From Patescibacteria group bacterium (GTDB taxonomy: Bacteria > Patescibacteriota > Minisyncoccia > Phycocordibacterales > Phycocordibacteraceae): a stretch of 64,000 bases of DNA. The DNA is taken from contig JAGWVF010000002.1 in the NCBI GenBank assembly GCA_018971045.1, positions 65,133 to 129,132 on the forward strand, read 5' to 3'. The notes beneath the pieces are model-generated. The model was not told the DNA's origin. It made no database searches and saw only the letters and a list, made by a program, of their open reading frames with translations. Shown piece after piece: positions 10,360 through 19,459 of this stretch. The stretch's first letter is position 1. Each line of letters starts with the position of its first letter. Made by a program: the position numbers and the translations under genes.

Positions 10360-12210
10360 ATGGAAAAGCACCCCCTACATCTCAAAAACCCAGAACTTCA
10401 GACTTCTCCTGAGGTCAATCGAGCTGTTGTTCAAGAAGAACGCCACACTGGCGAAAAAATGCCGAACGATCCTGGCGAGCGTATCGAAGCCTACATGGAT
10501 CGGCTTGAGAACATTTTCTTAAATCCGGACGAACGGAAGCGAGAGCGCAATCTCGAAATGTTCCGGGACAAGATTTATGACGCGCTCATCATAAAAAAAG
10601 AAAATTTTCCTGACAGCTATTTCGAACTCCAAAAGCGCATTGCGCGAGAGCGCGGCCAAGCCGTGGAAGAAATTCCGGAAAACGTCCGCGAGCAGATGAT
10701 GGACGTAGCCATCGATGATCAGAGGGCCTCGCTCGACGCATGGATCAACTACCTCGCCTCCGATGACGCCGTATATCCGGCGTGGTTCAAATACTACGCC
10801 TGGAATCAGATCACCAAGCTCTCCCAGTTCGACAAGGAGCGGGGCGAGTTCAAGAAGCGTACCGCTTCGACGGTCGCACCCTTTCCCGATATCTATCGCG
10901 AGCCATTAGCGCAGATCGCCGATCTCTACGAACGCGTCAAAGACGACAATAAAGACTCGGAAGCCCGTCGCGAATTCGACAAGAAGTTCCCCGTGCTCTA
11001 TGCCGAGCTCATCCAGAAATCACTCGCGGCACAGATAGAGAACAAGGAGAACGTCTCCGGGCAATGGGTGAAGTATGAGCAAGGAGACAGCGAAGCGGCG
11101 GAGAAACTTTATCAATCGCTCGAGGGCAAGGGCACCGGCTGGTGCACGGCCGGACATTCTACGGCGCAGGCGCAAATTAATAGCGGAGACTTTTATGTCT
11201 ACTACACCAATGACTCAAACGGCGAGCCGACCCAACCTCGTCTTGCCATTCGTATGAATGGCGACAACCGAATCGGCGAAGTGAGAGGCATCCTCCCTCA
11301 TCAAGGCGTTGAGCCGATCATGCAGGAAGTGCTTGATACCAAACTTCAAGAATTCGGCGGCGAAGCGGACGCATACCGCAAGAAAAGCGCGGATATGAAA
11401 ATGCTCACTGCGCTTGATCAGAAGAAAGAACAGGATCAACCCTTTGATAAGGACGATCTTGTATTCCTCTACGAAATCAATTCATCCATTGAAGGCTTCG
11501 GCTACCAGACCGATCCGCGCATCGCCGAACTCCGTCAAGAACGAAACGTCGAGGAAGACATGCTCACGATCTTTGAATGCACGAAAGACGAGATCGCTTA
11601 CGTCCCAAGCCAGATCACGAAAGACACTAAAGCCTATGTCGGACAGCTTGAGCCGGGCATCTTCCAGAAACTGCCCGAAGGTCTTGAGCATATGTACACT
11701 TCTTTCCCTGAAAAGAAAATCCGTAGGGATAGCATCGAGGTCGGCGGCAAGTCCGCGGAACAGCTCATATCCGAACTAAAAGCGGCAGGCATCCAGATTA
11801 CAAACAATGCAATGAGAATGCTTCTGAACAAGAAAGCATTCATTCCGACAAAAGATCTCGAGGATATGACCCTTATTCGCCTCGCTGTCGACGACCTCCT
11901 CGACTTCGAGCAGGATCCGTCCACCGATCGAATATTCGAGCGAGCGCAAGAGCTCGGTCTGGAAATCTGCCCGCCGGATACCGGCCCGGCTTGGCGCCTT
12001 AAGTATCGCAACCAGCCTTCGGGAAGATTGTTCATCGGCATGAAGCCAATCACTTGCTCCGACGGCCGCTCGCTCGGCCGCTCGTTCGTGTTCGGCCTGA
12101 CCCGGACCGACGACGGCGGCTTGTGGCTGTCCAACGATTGGGCGGATCCCGACGGCGAGTGGTTTCCGTACGACACGTTCGCGTTCCGTCTCCGCAAGCC
12201 TGAAGCTTAA
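10360..12210 (+). CDS. Hypothetical protein with C-terminal DGR-target-like (C-type-lectin-like) domain
   Basis: Long ORF with GTGWCTAG motif; C-terminus GLWLSNDWADPDGEWFPYDTFAFRLRK with VR-like codon pattern. Confidence 0.75.
   Translation: MEKHPLHLKNPELQTSPEVNRAVVQEERHTGEKMPNDPGERIEAYMDRLENIFLNPDERKRERNLEMFRDKIYDALIIKKENFPDSYFELQKRIARERGQAVEEIPENVREQMMDVAIDDQRASLDAWINYLASDDAVYPAWFKYYAWNQITKLSQFDKERGEFKKRTASTVAPFPDIYREPLAQIADLYERVKDDNKDSEARREFDKKFPVLYAELIQKSLAAQIENKENVSGQWVKYEQGDSEAAEKLYQSLEGKGTGWCTAGHSTAQAQINSGDFYVYYTNDSNGEPTQPRLAIRMNGDNRIGEVRGILPHQGVEPIMQEVLDTKLQEFGGEADAYRKKSADMKMLTALDQKKEQDQPFDKDDLVFLYEINSSIEGFGYQTDPRIAELRQERNVEEDMLTIFECTKDEIAYVPSQITKDTKAYVGQLEPGIFQKLPEGLEHMYTSFPEKKIRRDSIEVGGKSAEQLISELKAAGIQITNNAMRMLLNKKAFIPTKDLEDMTLIRLAVDDLLDFEQDPSTDRIFERAQELGLEICPPDTGPAWRLKYRNQPSGRLFIGMKPITCSDGRSLGRSFVFGLTRTDDGGLWLSNDWADPDGEWFPYDTFAFRLRKPEA
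12055..12198 (+). other. Putative DGR variable region (VR)
   Basis: 48 consecutive codons with no third-position A; NNC/NNT/NNG codons interspersed with TGG and TTC; ends TTCCGTCTCCGCAAG. Confidence 0.6.
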
Positions 12211-12272
12211 ACTCATTGTCTCTTTGTATTTTTCTGATTCTTTGGCTCTTGGATTCGGTGAAAGAAACGAAT

Positions 12273-13307
12273 ATGATCAGAATTTGGAATAAGTACGAAC
12301 AATTAAATACCCCTCTTAAAAGAAAGATATTTGTTGGGCTCTCGGGGGGTGTGGACTCGGCAGTGTCTGCCGCGCTTTTGAAACAAGCGGGAGCGCGCGT
12401 GACGGGCGTGTTTATCAAGGGGTGGTATCCCCCAGGGATACCGTGCGGGTGGGCGGCCGAGCGCCGCGACGCCATGCGGGTCGCGGCGCGGCTCTCGATC
12501 CCGTTTCTTACGCTTGACGCGAGCGAGGAATATAAAAAGGGCGTCATCGAGTATCTGCTTGACGAGTATCGCGCGGGGCGGACTCCGAATCCCGATGTGA
12601 TGTGCAATCGCGAAGTAAAGTTCGGCGCGTTTTATCGATTCATGAAGGCCGAGGGAGCCGATGCCATGGCGACCGGACACTACCGGAGCGGCGCAAAGGA
12701 TCAGAGTTATTTTTTATGGGCGGTGCCAAAGGAAATTCTTGAAACGGCGCTCTTTCCGGTCGGAGATCTGGAAAAAGAAAGGGTGCGCGCGCTCGCGGCT
12801 ACCTTCAACCTTCCGGTCGCCACGAAAAAAGACAGTCAGGGCGTCTGCTTTCTTGGGAATGTATCGGTTGACGAGTTCCTGCGGAGTGAATTCGGCACTA
12901 ATCCTGGCGTAGCCGTTGAGAGCTCGGGGCGGGTCGTCGGTGAGCACGATGGCGCACTTCTCTCTACCCTTGGCCAACGGGTGGCGCTCCGGAACGCCGT
13001 GGAGGAGGGGCCGTGGTTCGTGCTCTCGAAAGACATCAAGAAGAATGAATTGCGCGTCGAGAAGCGTAGCACGCAAAAGCGTATCAGTGCGCCGCGCGAA
13101 ATCCGATTTACTGACGCGAATTGGATCCAGGAGGCGGCACAAGCGACTGAAGCGCAGTACCGGTATCGCGGAGAGCACGTGCCCGGCCGCGTTTTTAATG
13201 ACCGCTTTATCGCCGCCGCGCCGCTCTCCGAGCCGCCCGCGCCAGGACAGTCGCTTGTGTTCTATGGCGCCAACGGACTCGCGGGCGGTGGTATCATTGC
13301 GGCATGA
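12273..13307 (+). CDS. mnmA: tRNA 2-thiouridylase MnmA (start uncertain)
   Basis: GLSGGVDS, TPNPDVMCNREVKF, ATGHY, KDQSYFL, KKDSQGVCF, PGQSLVFY. Confidence 0.95.
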   Translation: MIRIWNKYEQLNTPLKRKIFVGLSGGVDSAVSAALLKQAGARVTGVFIKGWYPPGIPCGWAAERRDAMRVAARLSIPFLTLDASEEYKKGVIEYLLDEYRAGRTPNPDVMCNREVKFGAFYRFMKAEGADAMATGHYRSGAKDQSYFLWAVPKEILETALFPVGDLEKERVRALAATFNLPVATKKDSQGVCFLGNVSVDEFLRSEFGTNPGVAVESSGRVVGEHDGALLSTLGQRVALRNAVEEGPWFVLSKDIKKNELRVEKRSTQKRISAPREIRFTDANWIQEAAQATEAQYRYRGEHVPGRVFNDRFIAAAPLSEPPAPGQSLVFYGANGLAGGGIIAA

Positions 13308-13714
13308 ATCAGAAACGCTTGTGGATCTCCGCGGCTATTATCGGCGTGTTTATTTTTATCGGATTCGTACTGTCCGTGCCGCATACCACGCGCGACGCGG
13401 TCCCGATCGAGAAACAAAACGCTGCCGCCGCGCCGACAGTCGCTCTGCGCGACACGTATAAGAAGGGCGTGCATCTGTTCGCTGGCTCGCTCTTAGTACC
13501 GACCGCCTGCACTACGGCGAGCACGACTGCCAGCCTCATCGGCGCGGCATCGAGCACCGAGAGCATCCTAATCGCGCTCTCGCTCTCAACCGACGCGCGC
13601 GTTTGTCTTCAGTTGCCGACGCAAGTTACTTTTTCGGCCGTGCTTGTCGCTCCAGACACGCTCCCGATTACGGTGACGGTAGACGGAGTCGTGGCGAGCA
13701 CGACCGCGCTATGA
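13304..13714 (+). CDS. Hypothetical membrane-anchored/secreted protein
   Basis: N-terminal TM, PTAC...CLQ cysteine pair, ATGA overlaps at both ends. Confidence 0.7.
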   Translation: MNQKRLWISAAIIGVFIFIGFVLSVPHTTRDAVPIEKQNAAAAPTVALRDTYKKGVHLFAGSLLVPTACTTASTTASLIGAASSTESILIALSLSTDARVCLQLPTQVTFSAVLVAPDTLPITVTVDGVVASTTAL

Positions 13715-14550
13715 CGGAACACCCGATTATTATCAAGGCCGATGGAGCAACCGAGGTCTTCGATCCGACTCGTTTGATGATGTCGCTTGAGCAAGCGGGC
13801 GCCGGCGTGCACTCCGCCGAACGCATCGCGCGTTCGATCGCCGCGACGGTACACGCGGGCGCGTCCTCAAAGGACATTTATTCTCGCGCGTTTGCGATGT
13901 TGCGGAAAGAGGCGCGGCCGGTTGCGGCCCGTTACGCGCTTCGGCGAGCGCTCCTCGAGCTTGGACCGACGGGGCACCCGTTTGAAGATTTCGTCTCGCA
14001 TCTCTTTCGCAAAGAAGGCTGGCAGGTCGAGACGCGCAAGCTTATTCAGGGGAAGTGCGTTCAGCACGAAGTTGATTTTTACGCGGCGCATCCGGAACAG
14101 AACACCTATCTCGCGGCGGAGCTCAAATACCATAATGATCCGAGTTACAAAACCGATCTTAAGGTCGCTCTCTATGTCAAAAGCCGATTCGACGATATTT
14201 TCTCCTGTGATCCTGAAGCCCGATCTTGCCCTATCGATCGCGGCCTCCTCGTGACGAATACGAAGTTCACCTCGGAAGCGATCGCCTACGCGCAGTGCTC
14301 GGGCGTCGAGCTTCTTGGGTGGGGGTATCCTATCGACAACACTCTGTACATGCATATGAATCGTCTGAAGGTCTTTCCCATCACGGCGCTCACGACGTTC
14401 TCGCTCTCGGAGAAGCGATTACTCATAGAGAGCGGGGTGATTGCCGTGGACGAGGTCGCGCGCGACCGCAGTCTTCTCGACGTACTCCACCTCTCGAGTG
14501 AACGGGTTGGCGAAGTCCTCGCCGAAGCCGAGGGATTACTGGAGAGCTGA
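13711..14550 (+). CDS. ATP-cone domain plus restriction-endonuclease-like (Mrr-type) protein
   Basis: IIKADGATEVFD ATP-cone start; GHPFEDFV, HEVD, ELKYH, LVTNTKFT. Confidence 0.8.
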   Translation: MTEHPIIIKADGATEVFDPTRLMMSLEQAGAGVHSAERIARSIAATVHAGASSKDIYSRAFAMLRKEARPVAARYALRRALLELGPTGHPFEDFVSHLFRKEGWQVETRKLIQGKCVQHEVDFYAAHPEQNTYLAAELKYHNDPSYKTDLKVALYVKSRFDDIFSCDPEARSCPIDRGLLVTNTKFTSEAIAYAQCSGVELLGWGYPIDNTLYMHMNRLKVFPITALTTFSLSEKRLLIESGVIAVDEVARDRSLLDVLHLSSERVGEVLAEAEGLLES

Positions 14551-15810
14551 CCGGCGCGCGTATTTGAGTTCTTCGCGCGCGACGGCTGCATCGCTCCACG
14601 GGATGCGGGTGCCGTTCGGACCCATGATGTACGGGCCGGCGCCCTTACCGGTGATGATGACGGCGGAACCTTTGGGAGCGATAGAGAAGGCTTTGCGCAT
14701 GGCAAGGCGGCGATCTTCTATGTATTCATGCTGGTGCATGCGGATTCCACTCGCGACATCGTCGGCGATCGCCCTCGGAGATTCGTCATAAGGATCTTCG
14801 GTGGTGAGGATAATGTACTCACAGTGCTTGTCGGCAACCGCGCCCATCACAGCGCGCTTCGCGACATCGCGCCCGCCGCCGGTTCCGCCGAGGATTCCGA
14901 TGAGGTGATGATTCTTATAGACCGTATACGCGCGTTCGAGCGAGTCGGCCGTGTGCGCGTAGTCGATAATGACAGTGAAATTCTGCCCTTCCTCGATACG
15001 CTCCATCCTGCCTGGGACGAGCTTGAACTTTTCAAGCGCGGATTTGATACTCTCGGAAGCTATGCCGAGAGATTCGGCGAGCGTCGCGGCCGCGAGCGCG
15101 TTCATGATATTAAATTCGCCCGGCAAATTGAGATGGATATTCGCGCCGCGCCAGACCATATTTCCGCCTTCAGGCGAGGTGGTGAACGGTTCTGCGTCGC
15201 GGATGCTGTAAGTGCGCTTAATGCCAGCATGCACCGCAAGGAATTTCTCGGCCTCGGCGTCATCGCGGTTTACCACGATGGTGTGGCGGAGCGCAGCGCC
15301 TTTTTCAAGCTGGCGCGCGAGGCTGAGCTTCGCCGCGACGTAGTTCTCGTAGGATCCGTGCGATTCGATATGTTCGGGCGAAAGGTTGGTGAATATGAGC
15401 GCGTCAAGGTCGACAAAGACGTGGCGAAATTGCTTCGCCCCCTCCGAAGTCATCTCGATAACGGCGTGAGTGCATCCGGCATCGATCGCGCGGCGGAAGA
15501 ATCGCTGTAACAATGTCCGCCCGAGCATGCTGCGTTTCGTGAGATTCTGTTCGCTCTTTCCGGCGATTTTGAGGTGGTTGGTATTCGCGAGCGCTACGGT
15601 ATGGCCGGCCTCTTCGAGAATAGCCGCAAGGAGTTCAGTGGTAGTCGTCTTGCCTTTGGTGCCGGTTACGCCGATCACAAAGAGCCGTTTTGAAGGGAAG
15701 CCGAAGCGCATCGCGCCTATGCCCGCGAGGAGATAATGGTAGACCGGTTGGAGGAGCGAAAAAAGCCGTTTCGGAATGTATTTCTTCGCTATTTTAAGGA
15801 ATGTTTCCAT
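14536..15810 (-). CDS. murE: UDP-MurNAc-tripeptide synthetase (MurE family)
   Basis: GVTGTKGKTTT, EMTSEG, FTNLSPEHIESH, PGRME, DYAHT, EDPY, ITGKG. Confidence 0.92.
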   Translation of the reverse strand: METFLKIAKKYIPKRLFSLLQPVYHYLLAGIGAMRFGFPSKRLFVIGVTGTKGKTTTTELLAAILEEAGHTVALANTNHLKIAGKSEQNLTKRSMLGRTLLQRFFRRAIDAGCTHAVIEMTSEGAKQFRHVFVDLDALIFTNLSPEHIESHGSYENYVAAKLSLARQLEKGAALRHTIVVNRDDAEAEKFLAVHAGIKRTYSIRDAEPFTTSPEGGNMVWRGANIHLNLPGEFNIMNALAAATLAESLGIASESIKSALEKFKLVPGRMERIEEGQNFTVIIDYAHTADSLERAYTVYKNHHLIGILGGTGGGRDVAKRAVMGAVADKHCEYIILTTEDPYDESPRAIADDVASGIRMHQHEYIEDRRLAMRKAFSIAPKGSAVIITGKGAGPYIMGPNGTRIPWSDAAVAREELKYARRSALQ

Positions 15811-15830
15811 GCGTGGTATAGTAGCTCAAT
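15811..15830. promoter_or_regulatory. Overlapping divergent -10 boxes for murE and asnB
   Basis: TATAGT (+, 15817-15822) 8 nt before the asnB ATG; TACTAT (-, 15818-15823) 7 nt before the murE ATG. Confidence 0.6.
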
Positions 15831-17690
15831 ATGTGTGGCATCGCCGGTATCATTCGCCCCGAGAAGAGGGGGCAAGAAGCGCTTGATCAGATGCTGGACC
15901 GTATTATACACCGCGGACCGGACGACAGCGGGACCTACGTCGACGCCTCTATCGCGCTTGGGATGCGGCGGCTGAGCATTATTGACGTCGCCGGCGGGAA
16001 ACAGCCGATCTCTTCCGAGGACGGCTCGCTCATCATCGTCTTTAACGGCGAGATTTACAATTTCAAAGAACTGCGTCGAGGGCTTGTAGCGCGGAATCAC
16101 CTATTCAAAACCGATTCCGATACTGAAGTCATTTTGCATCTTTATGAGGAATACGGACCTGCGGCGGTACGAAAACTGCGCGGTATGTTTACTTTTTTCA
16201 TTTACGATATGAAGAAAGGGAAGATCTTCGTAGCGCGCGACCCCTTCGGCATCAAGCCGCTCTATTACCTTGAAGAAAACGGCGCGAAGCGCGCGTTCGC
16301 ATCAGAAATAAAAAGCCTTCTCGCGTATCCCGGGTATCAAAAAGAGATCAATGAAGAAGCGATGTACCAATATCTTTCGTTCCAATACAATCCGCTTCGC
16401 GAGACGTTCTTCCGCGGAATCTATCGACTGCCGCCCGCAACGACGCTCCTTATCGATGCGTCGACCGGAGAAGCGGAAGAGCAGGTCTATTGGGATTACG
16501 AATTCCAGGAAGACGCGGAGATGGAAGAACATTCCGCGACCGAGAAGCTCGAGAGTCTTTTGAAAGATTCAGTCGAGCACCACCTGCTCAGCGATGTGCC
16601 ATTGGGCGCGTTTCTTTCCGGCGGCATCGACAGCGCGCTGATCGTGGGAGCCATTCGCGCGATCCATCCGACCGGTGAACTGAGGACATTTACCATCGGA
16701 TCGAAAGAAATCAATGAATTTAACGAGGCGCGCGAGCAGTCCGACGCTCTCCATACGACGCATACCGAGATCGTGCTCGATCCTGACGAATACTTCGCGC
16801 TGCTCCCGCGCATCGCGTGGCACTTTGACGAGCCGGTCGCCGATCCGGCCGCGATCGCGCTTTACTTCCTCGCGCGCGAGGCGCGGAAGCACGTGAAGGT
16901 GGTGCTCTCGGGCGAGGGCGCCGACGAGCTCTTCGGCGGCTACGGAATCTATCGCGAACCGTACTCCTTTGCGCGTTTTGAAAAGAGCGTGCCGAGGGCG
17001 CTGCGCTCGCTACTGCTTTTCTTCGCCCGCGTTCCCGTCCCCGTTCGCGGCATGAATTTTCTGCGCCGGTACCGAAAGCCGCTCGCGGATCGCTATATCG
17101 GCAATGCGTATATCTTCTCGGACGCTGAAGCTCGGAGAATCTGGCGCGGGAAGCCGCACGCGCGCATGAACCTCAAACCGCTGTATGAGAACGTGAAGAT
17201 GCTCTCGGAACCGACGCAGATGCAGTATATCGATATGCATACGTGGCTTCCGGGCGACATTCTCGCAAAAGCGGATAAGATGACGATGGCGCATTCGCTT
17301 GAATTGCGCGTGCCCTTTCTCGATATGAAAGTCGCGAACTTCGCGCGCATGATTCCGGACGCGCTGCGGTATAAGGACGGCACGGTGGGGAATGCGAAGT
17401 ATCTTTTGCGGAAGGCGGCGAAGGCATTCGTACCGCCTACGACCCAGAGACGCACCAAGCTCGGCTTTCCCATTCCGCTCGCCGAGTGGTTGCGGAATCG
17501 TTCCGACTGGCAGGAAAAATTACTCACGCATCCTTTCTTAAAAAAATATTTTGATATGGAGCTCGTGCAGGAGCTAGCTCGCGACCATATCTCGGGAGCG
17601 CGAAACAATGCCCGCAAGATCTTCATCTTCATGATGCTTGCGGCATGGTATGATGCCTACTTCACCGACGCGCTCACGCGTATTCAATAA
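15831..17690 (+). CDS. asnB: Asparagine synthase (glutamine-hydrolysing) family amidotransferase
   Basis: MCGIAG, HRGPD, FNGEIYN, LSGGIDS, LSGEGADELFGGY, ELRVPFLD. Confidence 0.95.
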   Translation: MCGIAGIIRPEKRGQEALDQMLDRIIHRGPDDSGTYVDASIALGMRRLSIIDVAGGKQPISSEDGSLIIVFNGEIYNFKELRRGLVARNHLFKTDSDTEVILHLYEEYGPAAVRKLRGMFTFFIYDMKKGKIFVARDPFGIKPLYYLEENGAKRAFASEIKSLLAYPGYQKEINEEAMYQYLSFQYNPLRETFFRGIYRLPPATTLLIDASTGEAEEQVYWDYEFQEDAEMEEHSATEKLESLLKDSVEHHLLSDVPLGAFLSGGIDSALIVGAIRAIHPTGELRTFTIGSKEINEFNEAREQSDALHTTHTEIVLDPDEYFALLPRIAWHFDEPVADPAAIALYFLAREARKHVKVVLSGEGADELFGGYGIYREPYSFARFEKSVPRALRSLLLFFARVPVPVRGMNFLRRYRKPLADRYIGNAYIFSDAEARRIWRGKPHARMNLKPLYENVKMLSEPTQMQYIDMHTWLPGDILAKADKMTMAHSLELRVPFLDMKVANFARMIPDALRYKDGTVGNAKYLLRKAAKAFVPPTTQRRTKLGFPIPLAEWLRNRSDWQEKLLTHPFLKKYFDMELVQELARDHISGARNNARKIFIFMMLAAWYDAYFTDALTRIQ

Positions 17691-17698
17691 TAAATACT

Positions 17699-18490
17699 AT
17701 GGCGACAAAATCTCCGCGCACCGGCAGCATCTTCGATCCGCATTCTGCGGAGCCGTTTAAAGTAAGTCGATCAAAAATCGATCTTTTCACCGAATGTCCG
17801 CGTTGCGCCTATCTCGATATGCGTCTTGGCGTAAAACGCCCCTCGACGCCCTCCTTCACGCTTAATAACGCCGTCGACGAGCTCCTGAAACGGGAGTTTG
17901 ATATCCATCGGGCCGCCGGCAGTACGCATCCGCTTGTCGAGAAATACGGCCTCAATGCCGTTCCGCTTGCCGACGACCGGCTCGAAGAATGGCGCGACGC
18001 TCTGCGCCGGGGAATCGCGTATCTGCATGAACCGACCAATATTCTCGTGCGCGGCGGCATCGACGACGTATGGGTCAATCCGAAGGGCGACCTCATCGTC
18101 GTAGACTACAAGGCAACGAGTAAAAAAGTCGGCCCGAGTACCGAGGATGATCTGTATGACGCGTATAAGCGGCAGGTTGAGATTTACCAGTGGCTCTTCC
18201 GCAGGAACGGCTTTTCGGTCTCGCCGACGGCGTATTTCGTTTATGTGAACGGAAAATCCGATGCCAAAGCGTTCGACGCGAAGCTTGAGTTTGACGTCGA
18301 ACTGATCCCGTACGCCGGTAGCGACGCGTGGGTCGAGCCGGCGATCTATGACTTGAAGAAGATGCTTATGAGCGATGAGATCCCGCCGGTCGGCACCTCT
18401 TTCGGCGGCGGACCGTGCGAGCACTGCACGTATCGCGAGGCGGCGGGCAAGGAGCTTCAAGCGCTCCACGCTAAGAATAAGAAAGCGTAG
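17699..18490 (+). CDS. PD-(D/E)XK nuclease with four cysteines (Cas4/AddB-like)
   Basis: CPRC near the N-terminus, GGIDD...VVDYK, QVEIY, C-terminal CEHC. Confidence 0.8.
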   Translation: MATKSPRTGSIFDPHSAEPFKVSRSKIDLFTECPRCAYLDMRLGVKRPSTPSFTLNNAVDELLKREFDIHRAAGSTHPLVEKYGLNAVPLADDRLEEWRDALRRGIAYLHEPTNILVRGGIDDVWVNPKGDLIVVDYKATSKKVGPSTEDDLYDAYKRQVEIYQWLFRRNGFSVSPTAYFVYVNGKSDAKAFDAKLEFDVELIPYAGSDAWVEPAIYDLKKMLMSDEIPPVGTSFGGGPCEHCTYREAAGKELQALHAKNKKA

Positions 18491-18493
18491 CGC

Positions 18494-18766
18494 ATGGCCC
18501 GCTCATTCGCCGATCGGGTGCGCGACGTGGTTCGTCAGATTCCGAGGGGCGAGACGCGAACGTATGGCGAGGTGGCCGCGGCGGCAGGACATCCCGGAGC
18601 GGCGCGCGCTGTGGGTACGATCATGAAAAACAATTATGATCCGAGCGTTCCGTGCCATCGCGTAGTGCGCCGCGACGGCGTGCTCGGGGACTATAATCGC
18701 GGCGGAAGCGCGGAGAAGGCGAGACTGCTCAATTCAGAAAGAAAGTTAGGACATCGGATGTCCTAA
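18494..18766 (+). CDS. MGMT family methylated-DNA--protein-cysteine methyltransferase (single domain)
   Basis: IPRGETRTYGEVA, ARAVG, PCHRV active-site motif. Confidence 0.92.
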   Translation: MARSFADRVRDVVRQIPRGETRTYGEVAAAAGHPGAARAVGTIMKNNYDPSVPCHRVVRRDGVLGDYNRGGSAEKARLLNSERKLGHRMS

Positions 18767-18770
18767 TAAT

Positions 18771-19439
18771 ATGGAAGTGAGAATTGAGGAGAGTTGGAAA
18801 GAGAAACTGCACGATGAATTCTCGAAGCAGTATTTTGTCGAACTCGCGGAGTTCGTAAAAAAGGAGTACCGCGAGAAAGCGGTGTATCCGGCGCCAAAAA
18901 ATATTTTCCGCGCGTTCGAACTTTGTCCGTTTGATACCGTGGACGTCGTCATCCTCGGACAAGATCCGTACCACGGCGAGCGGCAAGCCAACGGCCTCGC
19001 ATTCGCGGTTGATGAGGGGCGGCAGATCCCGCCGTCGCTCCTGAATATTTTTAAAGAAATAGCGCATGATTTCGGCAAGCCGCTTGAGCATACTGACGGC
19101 GATCTTGCCCGCTGGGCGAAGCAGGGAGTCCTGCTGTTGAACGCGACGCTGACCGTGCGCGCGCACGCCGCTGGATCGCATCAAGATCGCGGCTGGGAGT
19201 CATTTACCGATGCCGTCATCCGCTCGCTCTCCGAAGAGCGCGAACATCTCGTTTTTATGCTCTGGGGAAATTACGCGAAAGCGAAAGGCGCGCACCTTAA
19301 CCGTAAGAAGCACCTCGTACTCGAGGCTCCGCACCCCTCGCCGCTCTCGGCATCCTCAGGCTTTTTCGGTTGCGGCCATTTCAGCAAGGCGAATGACTAC
19401 CTCATTGCGAGCGGCAAGAGTCCGATAGACTGGCTCTAA
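18771..19439 (+). CDS. ung: Uracil-DNA glycosylase, family 1
   Basis: GQDPYH, PPSL, GVLLLN, HPSPLS. Confidence 0.97.
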   Translation: MEVRIEESWKEKLHDEFSKQYFVELAEFVKKEYREKAVYPAPKNIFRAFELCPFDTVDVVILGQDPYHGERQANGLAFAVDEGRQIPPSLLNIFKEIAHDFGKPLEHTDGDLARWAKQGVLLLNATLTVRAHAAGSHQDRGWESFTDAVIRSLSEEREHLVFMLWGNYAKAKGAHLNRKKHLVLEAPHPSPLSASSGFFGCGHFSKANDYLIASGKSPIDWL

Positions 19440-19459
19440 ACGACGCGTATACTACGCGT

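Noticed and set aside
10294-12272. A complete DGR cassette at this locus
   Set aside because: No reverse transcriptase, Avd or AAC-rich template repeat found in the window; only a target-like gene is supported.
17699-18490. CRISPR-Cas locus suggested by a Cas4-like nuclease
   Set aside because: No repeat-spacer array or other cas genes seen in the window.
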